A DNA stretch of 64,000 nt from a virus. Numbering within the stretch: position 1 is the stretch's first letter; each line of letters opens with the position of its first letter. Shown in pieces: positions 1 to 11,000 of this stretch. Position numbers and translations under genes: made by a program. Under the pieces are notes generated by a model that saw only the letters and a list, made by a program, of their open reading frames with translations, was not told where the DNA came from and did not search any database. Where the stretch lies: IMG/VR virus record IMGVR_UViG_3300020370_000003, positions 17,399 to 81,398 of that record. One strand, written 5' to 3'.

Positions 1-136
1 CGTAAATTTCAATGCTTTCTACAACTAGGTTTTCCATAAACTTCTGCTCTTGAGCAGAACCATTAATGTTTAATCTAGCAGAATTAGTATAGTCAGACTG
101 TACATAATCCTGTGCTGGTGTATTTGAATATGCCAT
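1..136 (-). CDS. gp14: Neck protein gp14 (N-terminal part, runs off window)
   Basis: ATG at 136 directly after the gp13 stop; translates MAYSNTPAQDYVQSDYTNSARLNINGSAQEQKFMENLVVESIEIY, the EQ..MENLVVESI.IY motif of the T4-like gp14 N-terminus; gp13-gp14 synteny. Confidence 0.85.
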   Translation of the reverse strand, partial: MAYSNTPAQDYVQSDYTNSARLNINGSAQEQKFMENLVVESIEIY

Positions 137-137
137 A

Positions 138-944
138 TTAACCTATTAAATCTATAGGTGGAAGTTCATAACGATCACGGAGTTCTTTCTCCATGTCTTG
201 TTTAAACGTAGATGCATCTTCTAAGATCTGACGACCATTAAGTGTAACTCCACCTAACATTTGTATGCCATCATACTTACTTAAGTTACGACCCCACTGT
301 TGTTGGAAAAGTGCTTCCACATAATCTTTTAACCAGTTATCATTATAAATTCCTGTATTTGTTTCTGGGTCTTGACGCATAGTGCAATCAACCATAATAT
401 AATCACCAGTAGTAATATCATCCCAATCAAAATCAAGACTTAACTTACCACCATGTTCATTCCATTTAATTCTACGATTTTGTTGAGAATTAGTTACCCA
501 ATCTAAAGTCTCAAGATACTGAGAAGTCATATAATAATGTAATATCTGACCATGAGTCATAGCATAGATATCATTCAAAAAGATCTGATACTTAATATTG
601 AATATGTTACCAGGAACTATACTAGATGCACCAATGTTTGTGTACACATGATTGATACCTAGCATTCCAGGTGGTGTAGAAACATAGTTATTAACACCAT
701 ACCAAGCAGTAGAACCTTGTTGAGTTTCTGATTTTGCAGCAGTTTTAATTGCATCAGTAACTTCTATCTTCATCCAAGCTTGATAGCTTCCATTATAATG
801 ATACTCTTGATAGTAATCAATTGCTTCTTCAACTAAATCATCCAATTGCTCAGTGGCAACGTTGATATCTATCGTAGGATATCCTAACCTGCGAAGAGCA
901 TAATCCTTCAATTCAGTTTTAGTTGCTGGTCTTGTAGCTGACAT
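138..944 (-). CDS. gp13: Neck protein gp13 (head-tail adaptor)
   Basis: ELKDYALRRLGYPTIDINV...QWGRNLSKYDGIQMLGGVTLNG motifs characteristic of T4 gp13. Confidence 0.95.
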   Translation of the reverse strand: MSATRPATKTELKDYALRRLGYPTIDINVATEQLDDLVEEAIDYYQEYHYNGSYQAWMKIEVTDAIKTAAKSETQQGSTAWYGVNNYVSTPPGMLGINHVYTNIGASSIVPGNIFNIKYQIFLNDIYAMTHGQILHYYMTSQYLETLDWVTNSQQNRRIKWNEHGGKLSLDFDWDDITTGDYIMVDCTMRQDPETNTGIYNDNWLKDYVEALFQQQWGRNLSKYDGIQMLGGVTLNGRQILEDASTFKQDMEKELRDRYELPPIDLIG

Positions 945-949
945 TTATC

Positions 950-3900
950 TTAAGCGAATGATTGGATAGTCAAATTAGTAACATCATTAGCACCAACGGT
1001 TTCTCCCTTCTTGAAGAATCCGTCAACATTATCAACGGTAACTGAAGTAGCACCTAGAGCAGTAATAACTCCTGTTGAACCTGAAGTACCACCTGTAACG
1101 GTTGCACCCACTTCCATCGTTGCGATGTCAGATAGTGTGAAGGTTGCATTAACAAATACTGCAGCAGTGTTCAATGAAGAACCATTACCGTGGATGGCTG
1201 ATACTGGAATTGTGCAACTGTTGCCATGTATAGCAGCGACTGAAGTCTGTGCATCATCATTACCACCTACAATACTTATAACTTCGGAGTTTGCATAACC
1301 AGAACCATCAGTGTTAACTGTAACAGCAGTAACATTTCCACTTGCATCAGCAGTAACGTTAAGTGTCAATCCAGTTCCTGAACCAGATGATGTTGTTGCA
1401 ACATTACTGAATGTACCCTCAGTCCATCCAGTACCAGCATTACTAATGGAACCAAGTGTATTAACACCAGTTGCATTTGCGTTAACGATAGTAACTGTTT
1501 CAGAAGCAGCATAACCAGTACCATCATCATTAATTGTTACTCCAGTTACAGCACCGTTACCATCAACTGTAATATCTACAGTTGCAGATGTATTGGAACC
1601 TGTTGTTGCAATACCACTTCCAGCAGAATAACCTGTACCAGCAGTAGCAATAGAACCAAGAGTCTTAATACCAGTTGCGTTAGCGTTAGTAATAGTCAAT
1701 GTCTCACCAATAGCATATCCAGAACCAGCATTATTAACAGAAACGTTAATGATTGCTCCACCAGATGCTGTAATGTTAAGTGTAGCACCTGTTCCTGAAC
1801 CAGATGATGATGTAGCAACACCAGTTGCTGTAGTGTATCCAGTACCACCAGCCAATGTACCCAAGTTAAGAGCAGAAACACCACCTAGATTTGGGTTGGT
1901 TAATGTTAGTGTATCAGTTATTAGATAGTCACTACCAGCAGCATTAAGTGCAAGACCTGTAATAGCACCGTTTCCATCAACAGTAGTATTAACAGTTAAT
2001 CCAGAACCAGTACCACCAGTTGTTGCTACACCAGATGCATTAGAGTATCCTCCAAGACCACTAGCAGTAATAGAACCAATAGTTGTAACAGAACCTGGTG
2101 TTGGGTCTCCAGATAGATTCAGTACTAATGTAGTTGAAGTTGCAAGGTTGTTAAGCATTGCACTAAGTTGTTCAAAAGCATTATCAAGTTTTGCTTGTAC
2201 TCTTGCTTCTGTGTAATAAAGATTTGTACCTTCTGCAAGAGCAGCAGTATTATGATTATTAAGGTTGGTTGCCTGTGTTGCAGAACCAGCAGTACCAGAT
2301 GTATCTTGGTTACCTGCTGTATTAACACCTGGAAGACTGATTGATGCAGTACCATCAAATGCAACTCCACCAATATTAACTGAAGCAGCTAAGGCAGTAG
2401 CAGTAGCAGCATTACCAGATGTATCCTGAGTACCACTAATGTTAACACCAGCAAGATCTATATTTGCTGAACCATCGAATGCAACTCCACCAATATTTTT
2501 AGATGCATAGAATTTTGTTGCTGTATCAGCATTACCAATGAATGCTCCACCAAAACTAGGTGCAGTTACTCTTCCGTTAGCAGCATTAAAGAGGAAAGTA
2601 GACCTACTCTTAACTCCTAGATTACCAGTTGCATCAGTAGCAAACAGTACGTTGCAAGTTGTATCAGTCTGCTCATCAGAAACTGTAACTGTTGTTGCTA
2701 TGTCTGCTGTACCTGTAAGGTCTCCAGTAATAGCAGTTATGTTTGCAGCATCTGCATATATTCCTTGCCATCTAACTGAAGTAGTACCTAAGTCATATGT
2801 GCTATCAGCAGCAGGATTTAAATCTTTAGCAGTAGAAGTTGCAGCAACTAAGTTACCCGTAACATCTCCCGTGAGTGATGCTGTAATTACATTAGCAGCA
2901 AAGTTACCAGAACCGTCACGTAGAACAAGGTTGTTTGATGCGTTAGTGGACGCTGAAGCGACGTTAATCGTTGTATCACCTGATACACCATCTGCGTTGG
3001 TAAGAGTGATTCCAGACGATGCTGTCGCCTGTAAGGTACGTTGTGCATATGTACCATTCCCTGTTCTTACAACATAACCAGTACCAGACTGTGCAGCAAG
3101 TGCAGATATATCTGTATCATTAAATGTTGTTGTTAGTGTAACAGCAGCAGAACCATCAATGGATACATTACCATCAACTACACCATCAAGTGTTAATACT
3201 CTAGCAGTTTTCCAAGCATCAGCAGAAGTTGCGTTACCTAAGAATCCAGCACCAGCACCAGCAGCACTAGCAGCAGTGATTTGATTAGCAGCAAAGTCTC
3301 CAGAAGAATCTCTGTTAACAACTGTGGATGCAGTGTTTGCACTTGCAGTTGTCATATTATCTAAACGGTCAACGTTTAGGTTATTAACTTTTGTTGTAGA
3401 TGTAATAACAAATGGAGCAGTACCATCAGCAATTTGGAAAATACCTTGACCATCAACTGTTAGAGTGCCATCAATATTTGCATTGTTATCTACATCAAGT
3501 GAAGTACCAGCACCAGTAAGATTTAAAGAACCAGCTCTTAGAGCACCGTCTGTACCAGCATGTACTTCAGAAGTATTTGTTGCGTCTGTTAAAAATGCGA
3601 ACTGGTTTGATGAGTTATCAAATCCAAAGAAACCAATCTTAGCAGAACTATCATAGTAACGGAACTCAACACCACGGTCTTTAGCATCATCACTTGCAGG
3701 TGCAGTGTCTCCACCAAGAGTTATGATAGGGTCATCTAGAGTTGTTACTGTAGAATTGACAGTAGTAGTTGTACCATTAACAATTAAATTACCACCAACA
3801 GTAAGGTCATTATGTAATGTTGCATCACCAGTAGAATTGGTTATCTTAAATGCATTTCTTCCATTGCCTGTATCATAAACTGTAAAGTCTCCACCAATCC

Positions 3901-6900
3901 AAGTCTTCTTCTGAACAGTTAAACCACCTTGAGATTTAAGAGCAGATGCTGTGGCATTTAATGAAGCTGCATCTTGAGTACTACTAATATTAAGTAAACC
4001 AGCAACATCAGCATCACCATTAAAATCACAATTCTGAGTTACTATAAGATCTGCATAACATCTTACATCAGAATTAACAGCAACTTGTTTATTAACAGAA
4101 AGACCACCGTCAATTACTACACCAGCAACAGGATTCCAGACACCTGATATATCACATTGAGTAGTATTATCTAAGTTTGCTACTGGGCTAACACTAAATG
4201 AAGTACCAACTCCAAGTCCACCTTGACAAGTTGTAAGTCCATATAGGTTTGCATTCTTGTCATTCATATTGACATGGAAGGCAAGGTTTCCACTTGTATC
4301 CTTGACTTCAAACATATCATTGGTTATCTCACCTTCAATACTAACTCTACCTAAGATGTTAGTAACAGTACTAGAACCTACAGTACCAAGAGTTAGATTT
4401 CTCTTAATGTAAGTATCACCAGTTTGTGTGTCAACAGTAAATCTATCTTCTGTACCAGCAGCATTTTGAATTTTAAAATCTTTATTATCTGCCTTGATGG
4501 TAACATCATCTTTTAATGTAGTAGCACCATCAACATTAAGTGTAGTATCAAAATCAACAGCACCCTTATTGTTTAAGTCTCCTTCATTTACTGCATTACC
4601 AGTAGCAGAAGCAATAGTAAACTTATCAGTTGTACCAGAACGAACTGCAAAGTTACCATCAACATCTACAGTTCCATTAAATTCTGAGTTATCACCAACT
4701 GTTAGAGTTCCTACAATATCTGTATTACCTGTAGCACCTAGAACACTAAACTTAACTGTATCTCCAGAGTTCTTCTTACCTACAAATAAACCTTCTCCAG
4801 ATCCAGTACCACCAACATGTAGTGAGGTGTTAATACCAGCACCACCATAAACTCTTAAGTTAGAAGTGTTATGATTTGAATAACTTGGAGTGTATGCACC
4901 AACAGAACCAGCACGTAGTTTATATCTGACAGATAGGTAGTTCCTTAAACCATAGTTCTCAGTTGCATCTTCTTGCTGGTTAAAGTCACCGTTAAGATAC
5001 AAGTCACCATTAAACAATACATTCTTATCAAAGTATGCACCACCATCTACTCTTAATGCACCATAGTCACTATTTTGAATTGTATGTGGAGCACCAGATA
5101 GAATATCAGGATTGTCTGTAGACTCAAAATGTACTAGGTCAGCAACATTTAATTTACCTGCACTATCTGTATCACCATTATCTGTATCAACTGTAAACTT
5201 ATCTACTGCAGCAGCAGTTTGAATTTTGAAGTACTTAGCATCTGCTTTAATAGTAGTGGCATCAGATACTGTTAAAGTACCAGCAATAGCAGTGTTACCA
5301 GATGCTGCTACAACATTAAACTTGTTAGAATTAATATTAAGGTTATTAGTTATATCAACAACACCATAGAATGATGCATTACCAGTTGTTGATTGTAGTT
5401 CTACTCTAGTAGTTCCACTACCATTATTTAATTGAAGTGTCTTAGATGCACCTTGAATAGTAAGGCTGTCATTAAAACGACCTGTACCATGAGTAACAAG
5501 GTTTGTATCTATATCTACTGAACCACCAATATTAACATCATCACCTATACCAGCACCACCTGCTATTACTAAGTCTCCAGTAGTATTTGAAGTTGAGTTA
5601 GTATTAGTTGTAAGTTTTAAGTTTCCAGCGATGATCCCTGCATCTGTTCCAGAGAATACTTCGGAGGTATTTGTGGCATCGTAGAGGAATGTAAACGTTC
5701 CTGAATGTCCTCCAAGATCGTTGGCTGAATCGTCGTAACCAAAGAATCCAACCTTTGCCGAAGCGTCATAATATCTGAATTCAACTCCTCTATCTTTACT
5801 GTCATCTGACGCTGGAGCAGTATCACCACCAAGAGTAATAATAGGATCATCCAACGTAGTAACTGTTGAATTAACTGTTGTAGTCGTTCCATCTACTTGT
5901 AAATTTCCTCGTATAGTTACTAGTCCAGTAATATCCCTATCATCATTAGGGTCAATTAATATATCACCAGTACCACCCAGATAGTTAGCTTGGAACCTTA
6001 AATCTTCTACATGAACTTTACCATTAGCATCATTAGCAGCAATACTAACTTTATCTTCTGCACCAATGATTACATGACTTTCACCAGAACCTAAGTTAGT
6101 TGCAAAAATACTTACTGTTCTATTAGATGCAGAATCTTGTGTGGACTGTATGGTTAAATTACCATCACCAGTCTTGTCTATAGTTTGTGCAACCGTCCCA
6201 TCAAGGGTAATGTCAGGGTCTGAAATGTAAGTTCTTACATTGATATCAACTTCTCCAGCACTACTGTCACCAGTATTATTAGCACCGAATAAAAGATTCC
6301 CTGAAGTATCGTTAACTTTAACATAGTTTAAATAATTAAAACCTCTATAACCAGTACTTGCTGTGAGTTCCTGATCTAATTCAAAATTCTCTACAGAATT
6401 CCCATCAGCAAAACCAATTTGTCTATTTTGTATTTGAGCATTATCAATACCATTAGCAGCAATAGTAACGTGACCTGCTGCAGATACATCAAAATCTTCT
6501 TGTGCAAAAGATGCAAGTCCTTTCTGCTTTGTACTAACAGCAGCTAAGAATCTCCACTGTCCAGCATCACTACCATCTGTGTGAGTTGGTTCTCCTTGTC
6601 CAGGTGCAATATCTGATTTTGCTTCATAGAGATTGCCACCAGCAGTAATTTTATCGAAACGGTAATACTGAGTTCCGTTATCAAATGCTGCTACTTCAGT
6701 TCCCTCTACTGCTGTAGCAATAGGTATGTCTGCAGCAGCAGTAAATCTACCATAATCATCAACAGTAAATGCTGTAGTATTAACTGTCTGTGAACCAGCT
6801 ACTGAGGTAAGTGATGCTGTATTATAATCAGCAGGAGTAACAGCAGTTGTTATTAAATCAATTGTTGGGTTTCCACTTATACCACTACCATCTGAAATAG

Positions 6901-7543
6901 CAATTCTAGTAGCACTACCTTGTAGTGTTCTAGTTGCCATCACATTGGCAGAAGTTCTAGCAATCAATCCAGTTGTAGTAATACCAGCAATTGCAGCAAG
7001 GTCTCCGTCATATGGCATAGCAGAAGAACCTTCTACTGTACCGTCTAGACCATATGCAGCAAGAGTTGTTGGATTAGAAGCATTAGAAATTCTACCTTTA
7101 GCATCTACAGTTACTTTTGTGTATGTACCAGTAGAAGCAGATGTACCATCATAATGCGGTAAAGTTGTAACTAATTCTAATGATGTTTGGAGATTTAAGT
7201 TAGAAGAACCATCAAATACACCAGAACCTTGAACATCATCAGAGAGTTGAATCTGACGTGTTGAAGCAAGTCGTGTAGCAGTAGAAGCATTACCAATTAG
7301 AGTTGATGTAATAGTCGCTGCAGCAAAATTACCATCAGCATCCCTTTGAACCAATGTGTTTGCAGTATTTGACGTTGACTCAACAGGACGCTCATATCTC
7401 AAAGAGTTCCACGCTGAAACGCCATCACCAATTTTAAATCGACCAGTGTCTAATTCTATCCCTAATTCACCTTGAGCAAGTGTTGGGTTGGAGTTTGCCC
7501 ATTCCTGAGCACCACCTCTTCTTAACTGTATTCTATTTGCCAT
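950..7543 (-). CDS. Tail fibre / fibre-like structural protein (2197 aa) with Mtd_N/hyaluronidase-type N-terminal anchor
   Basis: N-terminus IQLRRG..EW...NPTLAQGELGIELDTGRFKIGDG is the common phage fibre anchor motif; G/T/A/N-rich beta repeats, internal duplications; late promoter upstream. Confidence 0.8.
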   Translation of the reverse strand: MANRIQLRRGGAQEWANSNPTLAQGELGIELDTGRFKIGDGVSAWNSLRYERPVESTSNTANTLVQRDADGNFAAATITSTLIGNASTATRLASTRQIQLSDDVQGSGVFDGSSNLNLQTSLELVTTLPHYDGTSASTGTYTKVTVDAKGRISNASNPTTLAAYGLDGTVEGSSAMPYDGDLAAIAGITTTGLIARTSANVMATRTLQGSATRIAISDGSGISGNPTIDLITTAVTPADYNTASLTSVAGSQTVNTTAFTVDDYGRFTAAADIPIATAVEGTEVAAFDNGTQYYRFDKITAGGNLYEAKSDIAPGQGEPTHTDGSDAGQWRFLAAVSTKQKGLASFAQEDFDVSAAGHVTIAANGIDNAQIQNRQIGFADGNSVENFELDQELTASTGYRGFNYLNYVKVNDTSGNLLFGANNTGDSSAGEVDINVRTYISDPDITLDGTVAQTIDKTGDGNLTIQSTQDSASNRTVSIFATNLGSGESHVIIGAEDKVSIAANDANGKVHVEDLRFQANYLGGTGDILIDPNDDRDITGLVTIRGNLQVDGTTTTVNSTVTTLDDPIITLGGDTAPASDDSKDRGVEFRYYDASAKVGFFGYDDSANDLGGHSGTFTFLYDATNTSEVFSGTDAGIIAGNLKLTTNTNSTSNTTGDLVIAGGAGIGDDVNIGGSVDIDTNLVTHGTGRFNDSLTIQGASKTLQLNNGSGTTRVELQSTTGNASFYGVVDITNNLNINSNKFNVVAASGNTAIAGTLTVSDATTIKADAKYFKIQTAAAVDKFTVDTDNGDTDSAGKLNVADLVHFESTDNPDILSGAPHTIQNSDYGALRVDGGAYFDKNVLFNGDLYLNGDFNQQEDATENYGLRNYLSVRYKLRAGSVGAYTPSYSNHNTSNLRVYGGAGINTSLHVGGTGSGEGLFVGKKNSGDTVKFSVLGATGNTDIVGTLTVGDNSEFNGTVDVDGNFAVRSGTTDKFTIASATGNAVNEGDLNNKGAVDFDTTLNVDGATTLKDDVTIKADNKDFKIQNAAGTEDRFTVDTQTGDTYIKRNLTLGTVGSSTVTNILGRVSIEGEITNDMFEVKDTSGNLAFHVNMNDKNANLYGLTTCQGGLGVGTSFSVSPVANLDNTTQCDISGVWNPVAGVVIDGGLSVNKQVAVNSDVRCYADLIVTQNCDFNGDADVAGLLNISSTQDAASLNATASALKSQGGLTVQKKTWIGGDFTVYDTGNGRNAFKITNSTGDATLHNDLTVGGNLIVNGTTTTVNSTVTTLDDPIITLGGDTAPASDDAKDRGVEFRYYDSSAKIGFFGFDNSSNQFAFLTDATNTSEVHAGTDGALRAGSLNLTGAGTSLDVDNNANIDGTLTVDGQGIFQIADGTAPFVITSTTKVNNLNVDRLDNMTTASANTASTVVNRDSSGDFAANQITAASAAGAGAGFLGNATSADAWKTARVLTLDGVVDGNVSIDGSAAVTLTTTFNDTDISALAAQSGTGYVVRTGNGTYAQRTLQATASSGITLTNADGVSGDTTINVASASTNASNNLVLRDGSGNFAANVITASLTGDVTGNLVAATSTAKDLNPAADSTYDLGTTSVRWQGIYADAANITAITGDLTGTADIATTVTVSDEQTDTTCNVLFATDATGNLGVKSRSTFLFNAANGRVTAPSFGGAFIGNADTATKFYASKNIGGVAFDGSANIDLAGVNISGTQDTSGNAATATALAASVNIGGVAFDGTASISLPGVNTAGNQDTSGTAGSATQATNLNNHNTAALAEGTNLYYTEARVQAKLDNAFEQLSAMLNNLATSTTLVLNLSGDPTPGSVTTIGSITASGLGGYSNASGVATTGGTGSGLTVNTTVDGNGAITGLALNAAGSDYLITDTLTLTNPNLGGVSALNLGTLAGGTGYTTATGVATSSSGSGTGATLNITASGGAIINVSVNNAGSGYAIGETLTITNANATGIKTLGSIATAGTGYSAGSGIATTGSNTSATVDITVDGNGAVTGVTINDDGTGYAASETVTIVNANATGVNTLGSISNAGTGWTEGTFSNVATTSSGSGTGLTLNVTADASGNVTAVTVNTDGSGYANSEVISIVGGNDDAQTSVAAIHGNSCTIPVSAIHGNGSSLNTAAVFVNATFTLSDIATMEVGATVTGGTSGSTGVITALGATSVTVDNVDGFFKKGETVGANDVTNLTIQSFA

Positions 7544-7579
7544 TTTATTGGAACAACTCTATAAAACATGCTTCCAAGT

Positions 7580-7587
7580 TATTTATG
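7580..7587 (-). promoter_or_regulatory. T4-type late promoter (CATAAATA)
   Basis: NATAAATA box about 36 nt upstream of the fibre ATG, just downstream of a terminator. Confidence 0.7.
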
Positions 7588-7591
7588 TCAT

Positions 7592-7620
7592 TAAAAAGGG
7601 GGAACTTAATCCCCCCTTTA
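7592..7620 (-). terminator. Rho-independent terminator
   Basis: Minus strand AAAGGGGGGATTAAGTTCCCCCTTTTT: G/C stem followed by T-tract, right after the stop of ORF 7622-7858. Confidence 0.8.
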
Positions 7621-7621
7621 A

Positions 7622-7858
7622 TTATTCTTCAGTAGTGAGATTATCCGCTATCTCTTCCTCTGGTCTTGGAGGTACTTCTTGATAATATTGAAGTGCCTCT
7701 ATAGCACCTTGAAGCTTTAGTGCTACTATTTCATTATCTTTAATTTTCTTTGCCAGCTCTTCATTTTCTCTAACGGTATTATTAAACCGTTCTTGAAACT
7801 GTGCCAGCATCGCTTCTTGGGACACCTTTTCTACAGGTGCGGTTGCATCATCTGTCAT
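7622..7858 (-). CDS. Small coiled-coil hypothetical protein
   Basis: 78-aa ORF in the operon, helical E/K/Q-rich segment (LKLQGAIEALQ). Confidence 0.75.
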   Translation of the reverse strand: MTDDATAPVEKVSQEAMLAQFQERFNNTVRENEELAKKIKDNEIVALKLQGAIEALQYYQEVPPRPEEEIADNLTTEE

Positions 7859-8081
7859 TTTTGTCTTGGACTAACGTTAGTAAAAGTGATTTGATGTCAC
7901 TCATCTCTGATTTTAACTCAGAAACTTCATTTTGTAAAGCTATCTGCTCTCCTCTTGCTTTCTGTTCAGCATAATACGTTTTCATATACTTATCATAAGC
8001 ATGCTTATCAGCAGACTCAATACATCCAGAGGTGGTGTCTTTCCACCATCCATCTTTATCTTTTATAGGTAAATAACCCAT
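7848..8081 (-). CDS. Small hypothetical protein with C-terminal coiled coil
   Basis: 77-aa ORF translationally coupled to the DUF4815 gene; C-terminal heptads LQNEVSELKSEMSDIKSLL. Confidence 0.8.
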   Translation of the reverse strand: MGYLPIKDKDGWWKDTTSGCIESADKHAYDKYMKTYYAEQKARGEQIALQNEVSELKSEMSDIKSLLLTLVQDKNDR

Positions 8082-11000
8082 TATATAGCAAGAGCAATTG
8101 CTCGTAGATCCATTATCTTAGGTACACTAGCTTGGTTTTGAGATACAAACAATATCTTAATTTGATACTGTGTAAAGTCTAATCCGCTAATTTCATATCC
8201 ATAATCCCTATAAACTTCTTCATCAGTAGTTGCTGGAATTACAGAATCACCACCAGTAGGGAAGAATTCCCATCCTAAAGTCTCTATGTTATCAGTAGAA
8301 CCTGCAGGTAGCACTCTATATAGAGGCTTGATATGTGTATCTGGTGGTCGGGTAGCACTAAACATTAATTTAATAGCACCAGATGGATTGGTAAGAGTAG
8401 CAATCTTAGTGATGTAAACCGCTTCATGCTCATCACCAACTGGTAATAATGCAGAATTAATATTAGTTGGACTATTGATTCTATTAGATGTTAGAATAAT
8501 AGACATCCTATCTGTATCAATTATAGGTGATACATTTTCCTTTTCACTCTTAAGTGTTAGATCTAATCTAAATGACTTAGAACCTGACAACTCAGCAGAT
8601 TCATTAATCTGTGAACATATTAATTGTGGAGATAGGAACTCATTATAGTCATTTAATACTACATCAAAAAACTCACCTGTATTTGAGAATGAATTTTGTG
8701 ATAGTGCTTGTCCATCCCCAATAGATGTTCCACTAATAGTATTAACTGTACCATCTACTGAAGTCTTAGGTAATATAAGTTTTTGAATTTGTGGTGTCAA
8801 AACTTCATACTGAATATTTTGAGATGCTTCAATATGATTACCACCAGATTTAATTCCCAATCTAGCAATTGAGTTTGTTGTTAATTCATAAGAATCTAAT
8901 GATGGTGCTAGAATTGCAGCATGAGTTTTATTCAATTCTGGTAATGGTATACCATCTAAGTTGTAGCAATGTACTCTACTATCATCAGTATGAGTAACAG
9001 CAGTAGTTCCATCTACACCTCTTTCATAAGCAGTAATAGTTTTACCATCACCACTAATAGCAGAGTATGAAATAATCTCATCATCTATTTTAATATAACC
9101 AACATTTGCTGTTCCAACAGTACCACCATTAATGATAGTATGGAATGCAGTACCATCATTAACTTGAATACTTGTATCAGCAGCAGATATAGATGACGTT
9201 AGATATGTTGTAGAAACTTCTGAAGCAATATCAACAAGAGTTACATTATTATCATTATCATGCATTCCATGATTTGAATGGAATACTTTAACCTTTCTCT
9301 GAGCACTTGTATATGTTGGAGATGTTGAAGGATATGCATCACTAACAGCACCTGTCTCAATTACATCACCACTATATGATATAGCATTAACTGTTGCAGT
9401 TACAGAAGATTCACCACCTGTAATAGTTTCAGTAGATGCAGTAAAGTCAGTAGAAACATACTTAAGTGTAAGTGTATTAGTTCCTGGAGTCCAAGTAACA
9501 ACTTCTGCAGTAGGAGATGTTGCTGAGTTACCAGTAATTGTCTCACCAACACTGAAGTCACCAGATGCACCAGTTACAGTCATATCAGCAAGTGTCTTAG
9601 ATGATACCAATCTATTAGAAATAACACCACCAGTATTAGAACCAGCAGACCATGTTCCTGAGATATCATTAATTGTTAAAAGAACACCACCAGCACTAGA
9701 AGCAACTGCTTTAATAGTACCTTCAGCTAATGTTGTCTTTTGATAAACACGAGCACCAGCACTGAATGGTAATGTTGTAGAGTTCATAACCAACTGCAAT
9801 TCAGGTTGGAATGTTTGAATTGCATCAGGTTGTAATATAATCTTACCTCTATTACCTCTATCTAATGGAGCATTATTTAAAGTAACTCTAGAAGCAACTG
9901 ATGTATTAAATACTGCTCTGTTAACAATGAACTTCATATCTTCATATTGGTCAGCAGTCCATGTTGTTGCGTTCTGTGACTTGAATAGAACACCAGCATA
10001 AGGCTGTTCAGATATAGTTCTGTCTCCAGTAATATCCAATTCACCCATTCTAGAAATCCAAACTTTATATGTATTGGAATCAGAGAATAGAACAAAACAA
10101 TGTTCTTGAGATTGAGGAATATAAACTGGTGCTCTAAATGTAAATCTAGTTGCAACAGCACCTGTCTCAGAGATCTGTACTTGTTCTGGAGTTAATGTTG
10201 TATCAGAGAAAGGAAGAATCGTAGTTGTAGGATATCCATTCTCCATAGTTCTAACTTGCATAGAGATAGGAATATTAACATCCTTAGTAGCAAAGTAGAT
10301 ATCAACTGAAGTAATAAATGTACCACCTTCTTCATCAACCAAGAATGATTGTGCTAGTGGATCCCACCAACCAACCTGACGAGTTTCTTCTCTAATAGTT
10401 GTAGTAATACTCTGACTTTGAGTTTGAGTATCTTGAGTAACCTCTGCATTTCTAATAGAGAGGATAACTTCTTGAACTGTATTTAAAGAACCAGTTGACC
10501 TATACTCTACCTGTGCAGCAGAATCTACAGTTCCTGGAAGTCTAGAATCATTTTCATTAGTAGTAAATCTTAATAATCTTGTACCAGTAGCCCAACGAGG
10601 ATTAGTATCAATTCCAGCATCAGGTATATAGAATGATGCTCTATACTGTCCTCTTCTGTCTGAAATACATCTACGATCTTTAACAACTGCTCTAGCACCT
10701 GAAGCACCTTGAAGTACTTCTCCAACTTGAACATTACCAAAGTATTCACCTACAGCTTGAGCAGCAAGAGACTCTGTGTTGATGTTAATAAAGTTAGTTG
10801 TTGATGCATATGATGAAGGAAGTTCCGTATCATCATAAGGATTGTATGTGAAGTAATCGTTAGGTGCAGCAACTTGTAACTTACACCCACTAGTCAAACC
10901 AGTTACAGTTTCACCTTCAACAAATGGTGTGGAGTTTGTTCTGGAATCAGTAGTAGAATCCTTAATAACCTCAATAATTTTAGGTGTTAAATAAGCATCA

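Noticed and set aside
5617-5892. Alternate-frame 91-aa ORF over the duplicated fibre segment, with a locally higher CG content
   Set aside because: No translation signals or frameshift motif seen; explained by synonymous divergence of the duplicate
950-7543. Diversity-generating retroelement suggested by the Mtd_N-like N-terminus
   Set aside because: No reverse transcriptase and no TR/VR pair differing at adenines is visible; the motif is a generic fibre anchor
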